This document shows positions 38,436 through 48,413 of a DNA stretch of 64,000 bases, piece by piece. The position numbers and the translations under genes were made by a program. The stretch is taken from assembly GCA_963674705.1 (NCBI GenBank), contig OY771506.1, forward strand, positions 928,001 through 992,000. The letters run 5' to 3'. The stretch is from Phycisphaeraceae bacterium. Lineage in GTDB: Bacteria; Planctomycetota; Phycisphaerae; Phycisphaerales; Phycisphaeraceae. The notes under the pieces were generated by a model. It saw only the letters and a program-made list of their open reading frames with translations, had not been told where the DNA came from and made no database searches. The first letter of the stretch is position 1. Each line of letters opens with the position of its first letter.

Positions 38436-39311
38436 TCAACTCTTACTCACAAACGCGTCGCCGAAGGTGGAGGCGTCGATGTTTGGGGGGAGGCTGCGGT
38501 TGGTGGCGAAGTTGAAGAGCAGGGCTTTGAAGACGACGCCGGCGGCGCTGTTGACGGCTGTGCCGATGGCGAAGAGGACGACGGCGACGGCGATCGCGGC
38601 GATCAGGCCGCCCGGGCCCATGGATTTGGTCGCGAGCCAGATCAGGCCGCCACCTATCAAGACGATGGGCAGGATGACGAGCATGCCGAGGAAACCGAGC
38701 GAGAACCCGCCGACCAGCGCGGTCCCCCACTGCTTCTTGAGTGTGCCGACGGATTGTTTGAAGGCTTCGACCGGACCCGCGCCGTCCACGACGATGACAG
38801 GCACGACGAAGTAGGTCAACGCGGTCCAGGCGCTGCCGAGGATGGCGGAGATGATCTGGCCGGCTTTTTCGTGTGCGTTTTCGATGATCTGCAGGATGAC
38901 GCCGACGATCGCGGAAACAAACGCCCAGGCGATGATCTGCGGCAGACGTTTGAAGGCCATGGCTAAACCGTCACCGATACTCGCGTCTTCGCCGTTGATC
39001 ACGCGCATGGCGCAGGCGGTCAGTGCGGAGTTGAAGAAGACGATGACGAAGTAGTTGCAGAAGTAGAACGCGAAGAGGATGACGTAGAGCAGGATGTTGT
39101 TGGCCTGTGACTGCGCCGCCTGTGGATCGTCGGTTGCATTGGCAAGTTGATCGAGCATGCCGCTCGTCCACAAGGGCAGCAGGAAACTGGCGATCACGAT
39201 GATGGCGGCGATGGAGGAGAGGATCGGGAAGATGACCAGTTGCTTGTTTTCCCAGATCACACCGTAACTGATCTTGGCGTATTCCCAACTACGGCTGAGT
39301 GTTGCAAACAT
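38436..39311 (-). CDS. Multi-pass membrane protein (DUF6159-like)
   Basis: SRSW..K.S..V...NKQL..FP, FFNSAL, YFVVPVIV and TLKKQWG motifs. Confidence 0.8.
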   Translation of the reverse strand: MFATLSRSWEYAKISYGVIWENKQLVIFPILSSIAAIIVIASFLLPLWTSGMLDQLANATDDPQAAQSQANNILLYVILFAFYFCNYFVIVFFNSALTACAMRVINGEDASIGDGLAMAFKRLPQIIAWAFVSAIVGVILQIIENAHEKAGQIISAILGSAWTALTYFVVPVIVVDGAGPVEAFKQSVGTLKKQWGTALVGGFSLGFLGMLVILPIVLIGGGLIWLATKSMGPGGLIAAIAVAVVLFAIGTAVNSAAGVVFKALLFNFATNRSLPPNIDASTFGDAFVSKS

Positions 39312-39397
39312 GAGATGTCCCCTAAACGGATAGTGTTATCGATTTAACAAGCCTTTACATGAATAGCATACGCTATCTTGTCTTCGTCAGGAAGAAG

Positions 39398-40504
39398 TTA
39401 ATGGCTTGAACCTTGCAGGGAGGCGATATAGCCGATCGCCGTGTAGGCGATGTACATGACAACCAGCGGTGCGCCCATCCAGCGGGAGAAGTTGCCCACT
39501 TTTGTGGCGCGGCTGATGTAGATGCGGAAGAGCGCCAGCATGATGAGCATGGTCGGCAGGTGCAGCCAGAGGAAGATGTGTGATGCGCTTACCGCTTCAG
39601 CTTCAACGATGGGCAGCGGTTTGGCGAGCGAAGCTGCGCCGATGACGAACAGGACATTGAGGATGTCTGCGCCGATGACGTTGCCGACGAGCAGTTCGGC
39701 GTGGCCCTTGCGGATGGCGGTGATGCCGACGACCAGTTCGGGCAGTGATGTGCCGAAGGCGACGAGTGTCGCGGCGATCACGGCCTGCGGGACGCCCCAG
39801 TAGACCGCCACTTCACTGACCGAAGATACCAGCGCATCGCCCGAGACAATGACGATCGCGAGGCCGATCAAACCCGTCACGATCAGCATGGGCATTGATT
39901 TTGGCGTATCGGGGACATCGGTGGCGGGGACGTGTTCGGTGGCGTCGTTGCCGATGTGGTCGATCAGGTGCGGCGCGCCGTGGGCGTGTTGCCTGCTCCA
40001 CTTGACGGACATGTACATGTAGACGACAAGCAACGTGACCAGTAGCGCGCCGACGGATCGGCCGAGTTGTGCGGCATCCCGTTGCACGGCAAATAAGATG
40101 TAACAGATCGCGGCCAGCAACACGGCAGAGCCGAACTGCACCCAGCCCTGGCGGTTGAGCACGAACTTGTCGGCGGGCAGTTGCGTCATCAGGCATCCCA
40201 GACCGAAGATCAGACCGGTGTCCGCGATGATGGAACCGACGCCATTACCCAGCGCAAGGCCCGCATCCCCCTGCCACGCGGCAAGCACGGACACAGCCGC
40301 CTCGGGGCTGGTCGTGCCCAGCGAAACGATGGTCGCGCCGATGATGACCTTGGGCATACCTAGCCGTGACGCGATCCCCGCAGCGCCATCCACAAGCCAG
40401 TCCGCGCCCTTGATAACGCCGGCCATCGCGACGACGGCGATGAAAAGTAAGAGCCATTGGTTTTTGTCGGCAAACCAGTATTCGGGGAGGATGGCAAGGG
40501 TCAT
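39398..40504 (-). CDS. Calcium/sodium antiporter (YrbG-like)
   Basis: Alpha repeats GATIVSLGTTSPE..GNGVGS and AFGTSLPE..GNVIGA. Confidence 0.9.
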   Translation of the reverse strand: MTLAILPEYWFADKNQWLLLFIAVVAMAGVIKGADWLVDGAAGIASRLGMPKVIIGATIVSLGTTSPEAAVSVLAAWQGDAGLALGNGVGSIIADTGLIFGLGCLMTQLPADKFVLNRQGWVQFGSAVLLAAICYILFAVQRDAAQLGRSVGALLVTLLVVYMYMSVKWSRQHAHGAPHLIDHIGNDATEHVPATDVPDTPKSMPMLIVTGLIGLAIVIVSGDALVSSVSEVAVYWGVPQAVIAATLVAFGTSLPELVVGITAIRKGHAELLVGNVIGADILNVLFVIGAASLAKPLPIVEAEAVSASHIFLWLHLPTMLIMLALFRIYISRATKVGNFSRWMGAPLVVMYIAYTAIGYIASLQGSSH

Positions 40505-40506
40505 GG

Positions 40507-40782
40507 TGGGGTGTAGGGTGTAGGGTGTAGGGTGTAGGGTGTAGGGTGTAGGGTGTAGGGGATTGTATTTATGATTTAGGATTGATGATTTAGGATTTGT
40601 GCTAATGGCTAACAGCTAAAGGCTAATGGCTTTGCCCCCCCAACGCCGGTTCTGATCGCAGCGAAGGGCCGGGTGGTTTTCGGGTATCGGGTATCGGGTA
40701 TCGGTTTTCGGGTATCGGGTATCGGGTATCGGGTATCGGATTTTATTTTCTGTGTTTTCTGCTTTTCTGCGTTTTCTGCTTT
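40507..40782 (+). repeat. Composite heptamer/REP module, copy 3
   Basis: (GGGTGTA)7, shared AT-rich core, REP at 40642, ~8 CGGGTAT units, then TTTTCTGY units. Confidence 0.88.
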
Positions 40783-41694
40783 TCACTCCGGGGGTCCGAC
40801 GACGCCGATGGCGAAGGCGCTGCGGATGAGGCGATCGAGTTTTTCGCGGCCGCAGAGCAGTTCACTGCGTTTCCAGAGCCATTCGGCGAGTTCCCGTCGG
40901 CCGGCGCGTTTGGCGGAGGCGGTGAGCATGGCGTGCATCGCGCCGCAGTGTTCGGCGGGCATGAGTTCAGCCATCAGGAGTTTTTGGCGGATATCGTGCA
41001 GCGCGGCGCGGTCGTGGCCGCCGAGTACTTCGTAGCGTGTCTGGATGGCTAGGCGTTGCAGACGTTCGGCGATGTTGAGCGGTTCGCCTTGCAGGGCCGA
41101 GAGCGCCATGTATGCGCCGTAAAGATCGTGGCACTGCATGCTGGCTTCGGCGAGCATCAACAATAGCGAACCGCGCTGCCGGCGTGCGGGACCGAGCGGT
41201 TTACTGAGTACCGCCTGGCAGATCATGGCCGACTCGGCGAAGCGGTGCTGGCGGTGGCGGATCGCGGCGAGCCGGTGATACAAGAGTAAGCGCAGCCAGG
41301 GCATCAGCGGGTACTTGTTCAACATGTTTGCCAGGTGCGCTTCTGCCGCGGCGGGGTCCTGGCCGATCATCGCGGTCACGTGCGGCAGCATGCGCCATAC
41401 ATTTGCGCCGATCGAACCAATTCCCATCCACAGGAACAACACCAGTATCACGAGCATCAGACCGAGTGTTGTATTGGACTGATCGAGGATGAGCAGAAAC
41501 AATAACGCCAGCAGCGCCAGGACCAACATGCCCCGGCGCAGGACCAGGTCGATCAGGCATTCGCGCTCGAATCGCTCGGGCGAGAAGGTAACCGAATCGC
41601 GCGGTGCATCTTTGGGAGCACGATCATGCTGCGCGGTTTCATCGCTGTTGCCTTCGTCTTGCCGGGGCGGTTCTTGTAACGGTTGTTCGCTCAC
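40783..41694 (-). CDS. Two-TM, TPR-like hypothetical protein
   Basis: GTG 41694 overlaps the upstream TGA behind GGAGA; two TMs then Ala/Leu-rich helices. Confidence 0.75.
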   Translation of the reverse strand: MSEQPLQEPPRQDEGNSDETAQHDRAPKDAPRDSVTFSPERFERECLIDLVLRRGMLVLALLALLFLLILDQSNTTLGLMLVILVLFLWMGIGSIGANVWRMLPHVTAMIGQDPAAAEAHLANMLNKYPLMPWLRLLLYHRLAAIRHRQHRFAESAMICQAVLSKPLGPARRQRGSLLLMLAEASMQCHDLYGAYMALSALQGEPLNIAERLQRLAIQTRYEVLGGHDRAALHDIRQKLLMAELMPAEHCGAMHAMLTASAKRAGRRELAEWLWKRSELLCGREKLDRLIRSAFAIGVVGPPE

Positions 41695-42581
41695 GGCATC
41701 TCCGTCAAGGGCGCCAGTTCGGGGTAACGCTGGAGCAGGGTTTTCGGCGGCAGGAGCAGGGTTGCACGGTCCCACCAGAGCCGGGCTTTTTCGTGCGTCT
41801 GCGGCTCGGTTGTTTGCAGTGCTTCAGCCTCGGTTGGGTAGTGGTAATGGCAAAGCGCCATCAGCGCGTGGCCGTAGCCGGCTTCAACACCGAGCGGCCG
41901 CAGCGCCTCCAGGAGGTCATCATTTTCATTAACCGCTTCACTGAAGTGGTTGGTCCTTACCTGCTGCGCGAGCTGCGCCAATCGGTAGGCGGCACTGATC
42001 GAGGTATCGGGGAAAGCTTCAACCGCGCCGCGCAGTCGGCGTATCGAGTCGTCGGCATCGGATAAGCGTTCAGCGCCGAGCACGGCGTTGGCGCGGCTGA
42101 CACCGATGTGTACGGCGATGGGTTCACCGGGGGGCAGGCGCTGAAGCAAGTAGTCGTAGCCGACGATCGCGGCGTCGTATGCGCCCAGTGAATCCAGGCA
42201 GTGTGAAATCATCGCAACCGTCTGGCTGTGCAGGTTCGGCGCGGGGGTGGTTTGAGGTAGCAATCGCCAGGCCTGGCGTAATGCGGCAGGATACCGGCGC
42301 GTCATGGCGACCTGTTGCGTGTCGCGCACGCGGGCTTCGAGGTTCATGGCTCGCTGGGTGCGCGACCAGTTACTGCCGAAGAGGATACCCAGGCCGATCC
42401 AGGGAAGCAGTGCGGCGGCTATCCCGGTTGTTGCCAGACCCATCCCCAGGAAGATAGCCGCGACGATCAGCGGCGCGCGCAGTTGCCACTTGGTCGGCGG
42501 GCTGGCCGGGTTCGCCTGCAGCAGCGACTCGAACTGCTCGGCGCTGGGTGGCGCGAATCCGATTTTGGGAATATCAGGCAT
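41691..42581 (-). CDS. Two-TM, TPR-like hypothetical protein
   Basis: 296 aa; two TMs then TPR-like helices. Confidence 0.75.
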   Translation of the reverse strand: MPDIPKIGFAPPSAEQFESLLQANPASPPTKWQLRAPLIVAAIFLGMGLATTGIAAALLPWIGLGILFGSNWSRTQRAMNLEARVRDTQQVAMTRRYPAALRQAWRLLPQTTPAPNLHSQTVAMISHCLDSLGAYDAAIVGYDYLLQRLPPGEPIAVHIGVSRANAVLGAERLSDADDSIRRLRGAVEAFPDTSISAAYRLAQLAQQVRTNHFSEAVNENDDLLEALRPLGVEAGYGHALMALCHYHYPTEAEALQTTEPQTHEKARLWWDRATLLLPPKTLLQRYPELAPLTEMP

Positions 42582-42627
42582 AAGAAACAGCCATTATAGT
42601 TGTTTATGGGTGTGCCCGGAGCTTTGT

Positions 42628-43305
42628 TTATTCCTGCACCAGTCGGCGCAGGTCGGCCAGCAGTTGGATGCGGCCGGCTTCGCTGAGCCCGTCGTAGTAG
42701 CCACGGATCACGCCGGTGCGGTCGATCAGCACAAGATTACCGCTGTGAAGGATATTCAACTCATCACCGGGCGGCCCCGCCTCCACGGGCAGCTTCAACC
42801 CGCCTTCAACCAAGGGCCAGACAACGTCCTGCTCGCCGGTGAGGAACTTCCACTGTGCGGGATCGGCTTTGTAACGCTGGGCAAATTGCCGCAAGATTTC
42901 CGGGCTGTCGTGTCCACCATCAAGACTGATACTGACAAGTTGCACTTCGGCAGACAAGATGCCGTCGTTCTTGATGACGGCTTGGATGTCGCGCATGCCG
43001 CTGGTCAACGTTGGGCAGATGGCGCTGCATCTTGTGAAGATCGTGTCGACAATCCAGACCTTGCCGCGCAGGTCGTTAAGGCCGAAGGGATTGCCTGATT
43101 GATCGGTCAATTCGAATACGGGAAGCAGATCGAAGCGTTGCAGTGATTCACTGGTTTCGGCCTGTTCATCTGCGTTGACCAGTGCCAGTTGTATGACGTT
43201 GTCGGGCTCGCCAATCGGGCCGAAGGTTAAGACGGTGATGGTGATCGCCACCGTCGCCAGCCACGAGAACACCGCCACCATTACCAGCACAGTCTTGGAC
43301 ACCAT
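42628..43305 (-). CDS. SCO1/SenC family copper chaperone
   Basis: N-terminal TM, FELTDQSG, FTRCSAICP (CxxxC), LHS (Cu His) and IRGYYDG motifs. Confidence 0.92.
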   Translation of the reverse strand: MVSKTVLVMVAVFSWLATVAITITVLTFGPIGEPDNVIQLALVNADEQAETSESLQRFDLLPVFELTDQSGNPFGLNDLRGKVWIVDTIFTRCSAICPTLTSGMRDIQAVIKNDGILSAEVQLVSISLDGGHDSPEILRQFAQRYKADPAQWKFLTGEQDVVWPLVEGGLKLPVEAGPPGDELNILHSGNLVLIDRTGVIRGYYDGLSEAGRIQLLADLRRLVQE

Positions 43306-43307
43306 TT

Positions 43308-44168
43308 TCAGGTCCCGTCCCTTCTGGGCTTGCCGACCAGTCTTACCGCGAAGATGAGCATAACAAGGGCGAACAGGCCCATGAACGTTGCATCAAGCCA
43401 GATGGGCAGCCCCGTCTGCACGGTGTCGCGACCTAACAATGAATATGACAAGGCTGATTGTTCATAGGTCAGCGGGTTGATCCACATCAAGACGCGCAGC
43501 CAGGGCATAGCAGTTGAAACGGGGAACAGCGCGCCGCTTAGGAACCACATCGGCATCAATAAGAGCATCATGATCGCATGGAACGCTGAGGTGGAGTCCA
43601 TGGGCCAGGCGATGCACAGGCCGATCGTCGTCATGGTGACGGCGGTCACCACGATCGTGACGGCAGAGAGCAGGATGGTCATCACGTGCGGATGGGGCCC
43701 GATGAGCGGCCAGAAGATCATGAATAAGAGCGCCTGTGTGACCGCGATGCTTGTTCCGCCGAGTACTTTGCCGAGCACGATGGCAAGGCGCGGTACGGGG
43801 GCGACGAGTACGCCCTGCATGAAACCTTCGCGTCGATCCTCGATCACGCTGATGGAGGAGAAGACGGCGGTGAACATGACGATCATGGTCAGTGTGCCGG
43901 GGAAGAAGTAGGCCATGTAACCGGAAGCGGGTGCGTCGGATGTCGTGCCATCGGTGACAAAGACGTTGTGCAGCCCTGCGCCGAGCCCGATCCAGAGCAA
44001 TACGGGCGTAAGCAGGACGCTGGCGATGCGGCTGCGCTGCCTGAAGAAGCGAACCATCTCGCGGCGCCACAGCGCCGAGGTCGCTGGCCAAAGCCGGCCG
44101 TACGCCACATCATCCGCTGGAGACGATGACGCCTGCCCCGGAGCAAGTTGATAATCTGCCTGACTCAT
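43308..44168 (-). CDS. ABC-2 type exporter permease
   Basis: REMVRFFRQ, FFPG, EDRREGFMQGVLVAPV, FLSGALFP and INPLTY motifs; start set at ATG 44168. Confidence 0.9.
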   Translation of the reverse strand: MSQADYQLAPGQASSSPADDVAYGRLWPATSALWRREMVRFFRQRSRIASVLLTPVLLWIGLGAGLHNVFVTDGTTSDAPASGYMAYFFPGTLTMIVMFTAVFSSISVIEDRREGFMQGVLVAPVPRLAIVLGKVLGGTSIAVTQALLFMIFWPLIGPHPHVMTILLSAVTIVVTAVTMTTIGLCIAWPMDSTSAFHAIMMLLLMPMWFLSGALFPVSTAMPWLRVLMWINPLTYEQSALSYSLLGRDTVQTGLPIWLDATFMGLFALVMLIFAVRLVGKPRRDGT

Positions 44169-44478
44169 TTGATTACGCCACCAAGGCCCACACGAGGCCG
44201 AATAGGTCATCTTAGACACCCCCTCCGCCCCAGCCAAGCCGGTTGCCTATCTTCACGGCCTGCCGATGGTCAGGGCCCAGCGATCCGTTTGTGAAACGGC
44301 GACCTGCGATCGTACGCTAAACGGGCTTCAAATCGGGTATTTATTTGTGAAGTTGATGATTTCTACTGCCCGATCACTAGAACTGGGCCCGGAATCCCTA
44401 TTCTTTGCCCTTCCAGCCACACCGGCTACAATCTGAGCCGAAACTGATATCCGCACCAGAAGCAAGGAAGCGACACGA

Positions 44479-45108
44479 ATGCCTTATTTAGTCCCCACGG
44501 TGATCGAGAAAACCGGCCGCGGCGAGCGGGTGTACGACATCTACTCGCGCCTCCTCAAGGACCGCATTATTTTCCTCGGCGGCCCCGTCACCGACGACAC
44601 CGCCAACCTCGTCATCGCCCAGATGCTCTTTTTGTCCAATGAGGACGCCAAGAGCGATATCCATTTTTATATCAACAGCCCCGGTGGGTCGGTCTCGGCC
44701 GGGCTGGGTGTATATGACACGATGCAGTTCATCCGCCCGAAGGTGGCGACGTATTGCATCGGGATGGCGGCGAGCATGGGGGCGGTGCTTTTGATGGCCG
44801 GGGAAAAGGGTAAACGGCACGTGCTGCCCAACAGCCGGGTGTTGCTGCACCAGCCGTTGATGGGCGGTGTGGTTGAAGGCCAGGCCACCGATCTTGGCAT
44901 CCAGGCCAAGGAAATGCTCCGAACGCGTGAGCGTCTGTACCGGATCATGCAGCAGCACACCGGCAAAGATGCGGAAACGATCACGCGGGACTGCGAACGC
45001 GATAAGTGGCTCGACGCCCAGGAAGCTGTGGACTATGGCTGCGTTGACAGCTTGCTGCAGCATATCCCGGAAGCAATCTCTGAAGGCCACGAATCCGAAG
45101 ACGAGTGA
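44479..45108 (+). CDS. clpP: ATP-dependent Clp protease proteolytic subunit
   Basis: [32 protein letters not shown] and RD catalytic motifs. Confidence 0.96.
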   Translation: MPYLVPTVIEKTGRGERVYDIYSRLLKDRIIFLGGPVTDDTANLVIAQMLFLSNEDAKSDIHFYINSPGGSVSAGLGVYDTMQFIRPKVATYCIGMAASMGAVLLMAGEKGKRHVLPNSRVLLHQPLMGGVVEGQATDLGIQAKEMLRTRERLYRIMQQHTGKDAETITRDCERDKWLDAQEAVDYGCVDSLLQHIPEAISEGHESEDE

Positions 45109-45122
45109 TCCATTCATCGCCT

Positions 45123-45785
45123 ATGACCCACGTAAACCAACACGCACGGACGCCCCGCTCTGCCAGGATCGGACATGGCAGGTGGGTGTTTGCGTTGGCG
45201 GTGGTCGGGCTGTGCCTGATGCATGTCGGTTGCGGGCCGAAGAACTTTCTGAATGAAAACGACACGCTGCGGGCCGAGAACCTCAAGCTCAAGCAAGAGG
45301 TTGAAGATCTGAATAAGCAGATGGAGCTTCGGCTCGGTGAGATCGAGGCGCTGCGGGCCCAAGCTTCAGACAAGCAGGCGATCAAGGAAGCGACGCCGCC
45401 GATTCTGGTGAAGCTGAACTTCGAGCGCTACAGCGGCGCGCTGGACACCAACAGCGACAAGAAGGACGACCTGGTCCGCATCTACCTGCAACCGCTGGAT
45501 CAGCACGGAAGAGTGCTACCCGTCGCGGGGCGCTTGAAAATGCAGATCGTGGCGATCCAGGCTGATGCTCCTCCGTCTTTACTCACGGAGCGCACGTACG
45601 AACCCGACGAGTTCGACGCCGCGTATCGCACCAGCTTCATGAGCTATCACTACACCATCGACCTGCCCCTGCCGGAAAGCATCGACCCCGCGATCAGAAG
45701 CGTTACCGTCAAAGCCTTCTTCACCGAAGCGGTCACGGGAAATGAGCTCAGCCACGAGCAGGTCATCCCGATCGACAGGCAGTAG
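45123..45785 (+). CDS. Hypothetical lipoprotein with a coiled coil
   Basis: Hydrophobic stretch ending in lipobox-like HVG-C, then ENDTLRAENLKLKQEVEDL coiled coil. Confidence 0.72.
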   Translation: MTHVNQHARTPRSARIGHGRWVFALAVVGLCLMHVGCGPKNFLNENDTLRAENLKLKQEVEDLNKQMELRLGEIEALRAQASDKQAIKEATPPILVKLNFERYSGALDTNSDKKDDLVRIYLQPLDQHGRVLPVAGRLKMQIVAIQADAPPSLLTERTYEPDEFDAAYRTSFMSYHYTIDLPLPESIDPAIRSVTVKAFFTEAVTGNELSHEQVIPIDRQ

Positions 45786-45863
45786 ATATCTGCCTGGCTC
45801 CCGGGCTCCGGACAAATGAGCGGATCAGCTTAGCCATCACGACGTCGCACGCGCTGTTCATTT

Positions 45864-46760
45864 TCACTTCCGAGATATCAGGTGGGCCTTGTACGCGGGG
45901 GTCCGTTCGAGCAGTTCAAAGTCGATCATCGCGTACACCGGTCTGCCGGCGCGATGCAGCAGCGCGTCGCCTGCCCGGCGGACGATGACGTGATGCGGCT
46001 TGTGGTCATACACGACGAACCCCTTGGCCTCCAGATCACGCGCGACTTGACGCGTGAACAAACCGACGTCCTCGGCACCGACCAAGCCCTGGTCACACGC
46101 CTGCTGCAGGCTCAGGCCGTGGATCCAGTGATAGAGCACCACGTACACGCGTCCCTCGTCCAATGTCACCGGGTGCTCAGCGGCGCGCTGGTCATCGGCC
46201 AGGTGGGACTTGAAGTATTGCAGATGGCTGGCCTGCCGGCCCAGACGCCAGGCCGGCTCGGGTCGCGGCACCCGGTAAATCGCCAGCGGGTGTTTCGTGC
46301 GGATCGTCAAATCCCTCGGGCCGAACCGGCCTCGACGCAGGTCCCACAGCACGCCGAACTCCTCGAACGGATCGTGGAAACGCGCGTCGCGCGCCGACTC
46401 TTTGCTGATCGCGCCGTCAAAGGTCGATTGCACATCCACAGGCACATCCTGTGCGAACCGCGAGAACTTGACCACCATGTGGACCGGCCGGGCCCGGTCC
46501 TCGATGATTGGCACCCGGTACACGTGTCCGGTGCCGGCGGTCAGCCGCTGGCCGTGGCTGGCATAACGTCGGTTGTTGAACCAGTGATCGGGCCAGAGGT
46601 GTGAAAGCAGCGGCAACCCGTAGCGCGTGACGTACAACGCACCACCGTCGTCGGCTTCGAATACCTGATAGTCCACGCCATACACCCGCGCCGACTGTCG
46701 GGTCCAGCCGACCCTGCCTTGCGATGCCGGTGGTTCGGGTTGCTCGTGGTGTGCGGTCAT
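45864..46760 (-). CDS. Protein-kinase-like fold hypothetical protein
   Basis: AGTGHVYRV, VVKFS, VYDHKPHHVIV and AMIDFE resemble Gly-loop, Lys, DxK and DFE motifs; start set at ATG 46760. Confidence 0.6.
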   Translation of the reverse strand: MTAHHEQPEPPASQGRVGWTRQSARVYGVDYQVFEADDGGALYVTRYGLPLLSHLWPDHWFNNRRYASHGQRLTAGTGHVYRVPIIEDRARPVHMVVKFSRFAQDVPVDVQSTFDGAISKESARDARFHDPFEEFGVLWDLRRGRFGPRDLTIRTKHPLAIYRVPRPEPAWRLGRQASHLQYFKSHLADDQRAAEHPVTLDEGRVYVVLYHWIHGLSLQQACDQGLVGAEDVGLFTRQVARDLEAKGFVVYDHKPHHVIVRRAGDALLHRAGRPVYAMIDFELLERTPAYKAHLISRK

Positions 46761-47100
46761 AAGAACATCAAGGCCTGATTGATGCACAGAGTGTATAGGA
46801 AAGCGACGCCACACGAGTGAAGAGCGGATCGTAGATCGGGTGCATACCACTTGCATCGCGAAGTCACGCCCTCTGAGTCCGGCGCTGCAATGCTCTACGA
46901 TTCATGCCTGTAGGTCCCGGCCCACCCCGACGGTGTATTCGGCCATGACCTGTGGGCATTCTCTTCGTTCGCAAGGCTTTGCGACGCAAGCAATTGCTAC
47001 AACACAGTAGCTTTCTTCATCGAAGTGATCACCGGAAATGAGCTGACGCACGAGCAGGTAACTTCGATCCGGGTGGAAAACCAGCCGGGGGCGTGGTGAT

Positions 47101-47555
47101 TCATTCGATATACATCAGGCGTTCGAGCGGTTTCCATTGCTCGGCGGTGGGTGTGCCAGTCAGGCGGCGTTGGCAGTTATCCGTGATGGGCCACCACTTA
47201 TCGCGCGTGGTTGGGTCGGTTGCGATGGAGGCCATGTCTTTTGCCAGGTTGTCGCCGGTGTATTCCATGAAACTGAAGAGGTACTTCTTGCCTTCAATCT
47301 CAGCGAGGTAGATGTTGTAGTTGCGGATATTCGCCTTCTTGATCGCCGCCACGACCTCGGGCCAGACGTCGGCGTGGAGTTTGCGGTAGAGTTTTCTTTG
47401 TGGGGTTTGAGTTCGATCATCGAGCCGAAGCACTGGACACCGTCGGCAGGAAGCTGCGCGGGGTCGGGGTTTGTTGTGCCGTAATAGGGCTTGTGTCTGA
47501 TTTGTTTTCGCCCAATGGTTCCGTTGAATCGTGTGCGAAGTCCTGAACCAGACAT
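47101..47555 (-). pseudogene. L-rhamnose mutarotase-family gene with a frameshift
   Basis: N-part (..VQCFGSMIELKPHKE) and C-part (LYRKLHADVWPEV..IRNYNIY..LFSFMEY..WW) are in different frames; the junction is the A4 run at 47392-47395. Confidence 0.75.
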
Positions 47556-47749
47556 GGTCAACTCCCAAGATCAAAATCAAAAACGCTTATAAACCGGTAG
47601 TGTAACTACACAGCTTGTTTTGATACATCACTTCAAAAAAGAAAATGCCCAAGTTCGATGAACGTGGGCTTGGGGGATAGTTGCAATGTTGTACTTCGTG
47701 GTTGCTGGTCATGCCTTGAGCGGCGGCTTATCCGATCCGGGGCGGCAAG

Positions 47750-48313
47750 TTAATCAATCCCATACCAGTAGTAATTGGCTTGTTTAGTATTCAAATCGTA
47801 AATGAGAACCGCTTCTTCTGTAGCAAATCCTTTTTTGTTCACCTCTGATCTGTAACACTCGGGCCAAGTTCTCGCGGAGCCAAGCAACCACCAATCGGGC
47901 TCCTCGTCCCATATAATCTGTGGGTTCGGATCGATCGTCATGCTTTGTGAAGCGATCAGTAAATCAATTGTTGCGCGATCACACTTAAATTGCATGAATA
48001 CATGGCCCGAATCAGCAAAAGTGTAGAGTTCGGACTTTATGTCCACGACATCGGCCGGCGGAGGATTTCCGAAAGTATTTTCAAAAACCACGCTCGGCCT
48101 TGTGCTGTACCAGAATATTCCGACAATACCCGTAACATATAACAGGCCAACAAGCGGGGTGGCATAAAACGTCGCCCGCCACTTACGTTTGATCTTTAAT
48201 ATGAAGATCGCTGGTATCCACACCGTTAAGAAAATGGCAAACACGATGATTGCGCCGGCGATCAAAAGAAGCAGAAAAAAGAAGGCGGCCAACACGTGCA
48301 TAACACGCATCAT
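47750..48313 (-). CDS. Membrane-anchored hypothetical protein, low GC
   Basis: 187 aa with two N-terminal TMs; flanked by direct-repeated palindromes. Confidence 0.7.
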   Translation of the reverse strand: MMRVMHVLAAFFFLLLLIAGAIIVFAIFLTVWIPAIFILKIKRKWRATFYATPLVGLLYVTGIVGIFWYSTRPSVVFENTFGNPPPADVVDIKSELYTFADSGHVFMQFKCDRATIDLLIASQSMTIDPNPQIIWDEEPDWWLLGSARTWPECYRSEVNKKGFATEEAVLIYDLNTKQANYYWYGID

Positions 48314-48413
48314 ACACTCTCAATGAAAAAAGCCCACGTTCGATGAACGTGGGCCTGGGGGTAGTTGGTTGCAGCGTGGTTACCCACGGCACCCGGGGGC
48401 TAACGATGTGGTC

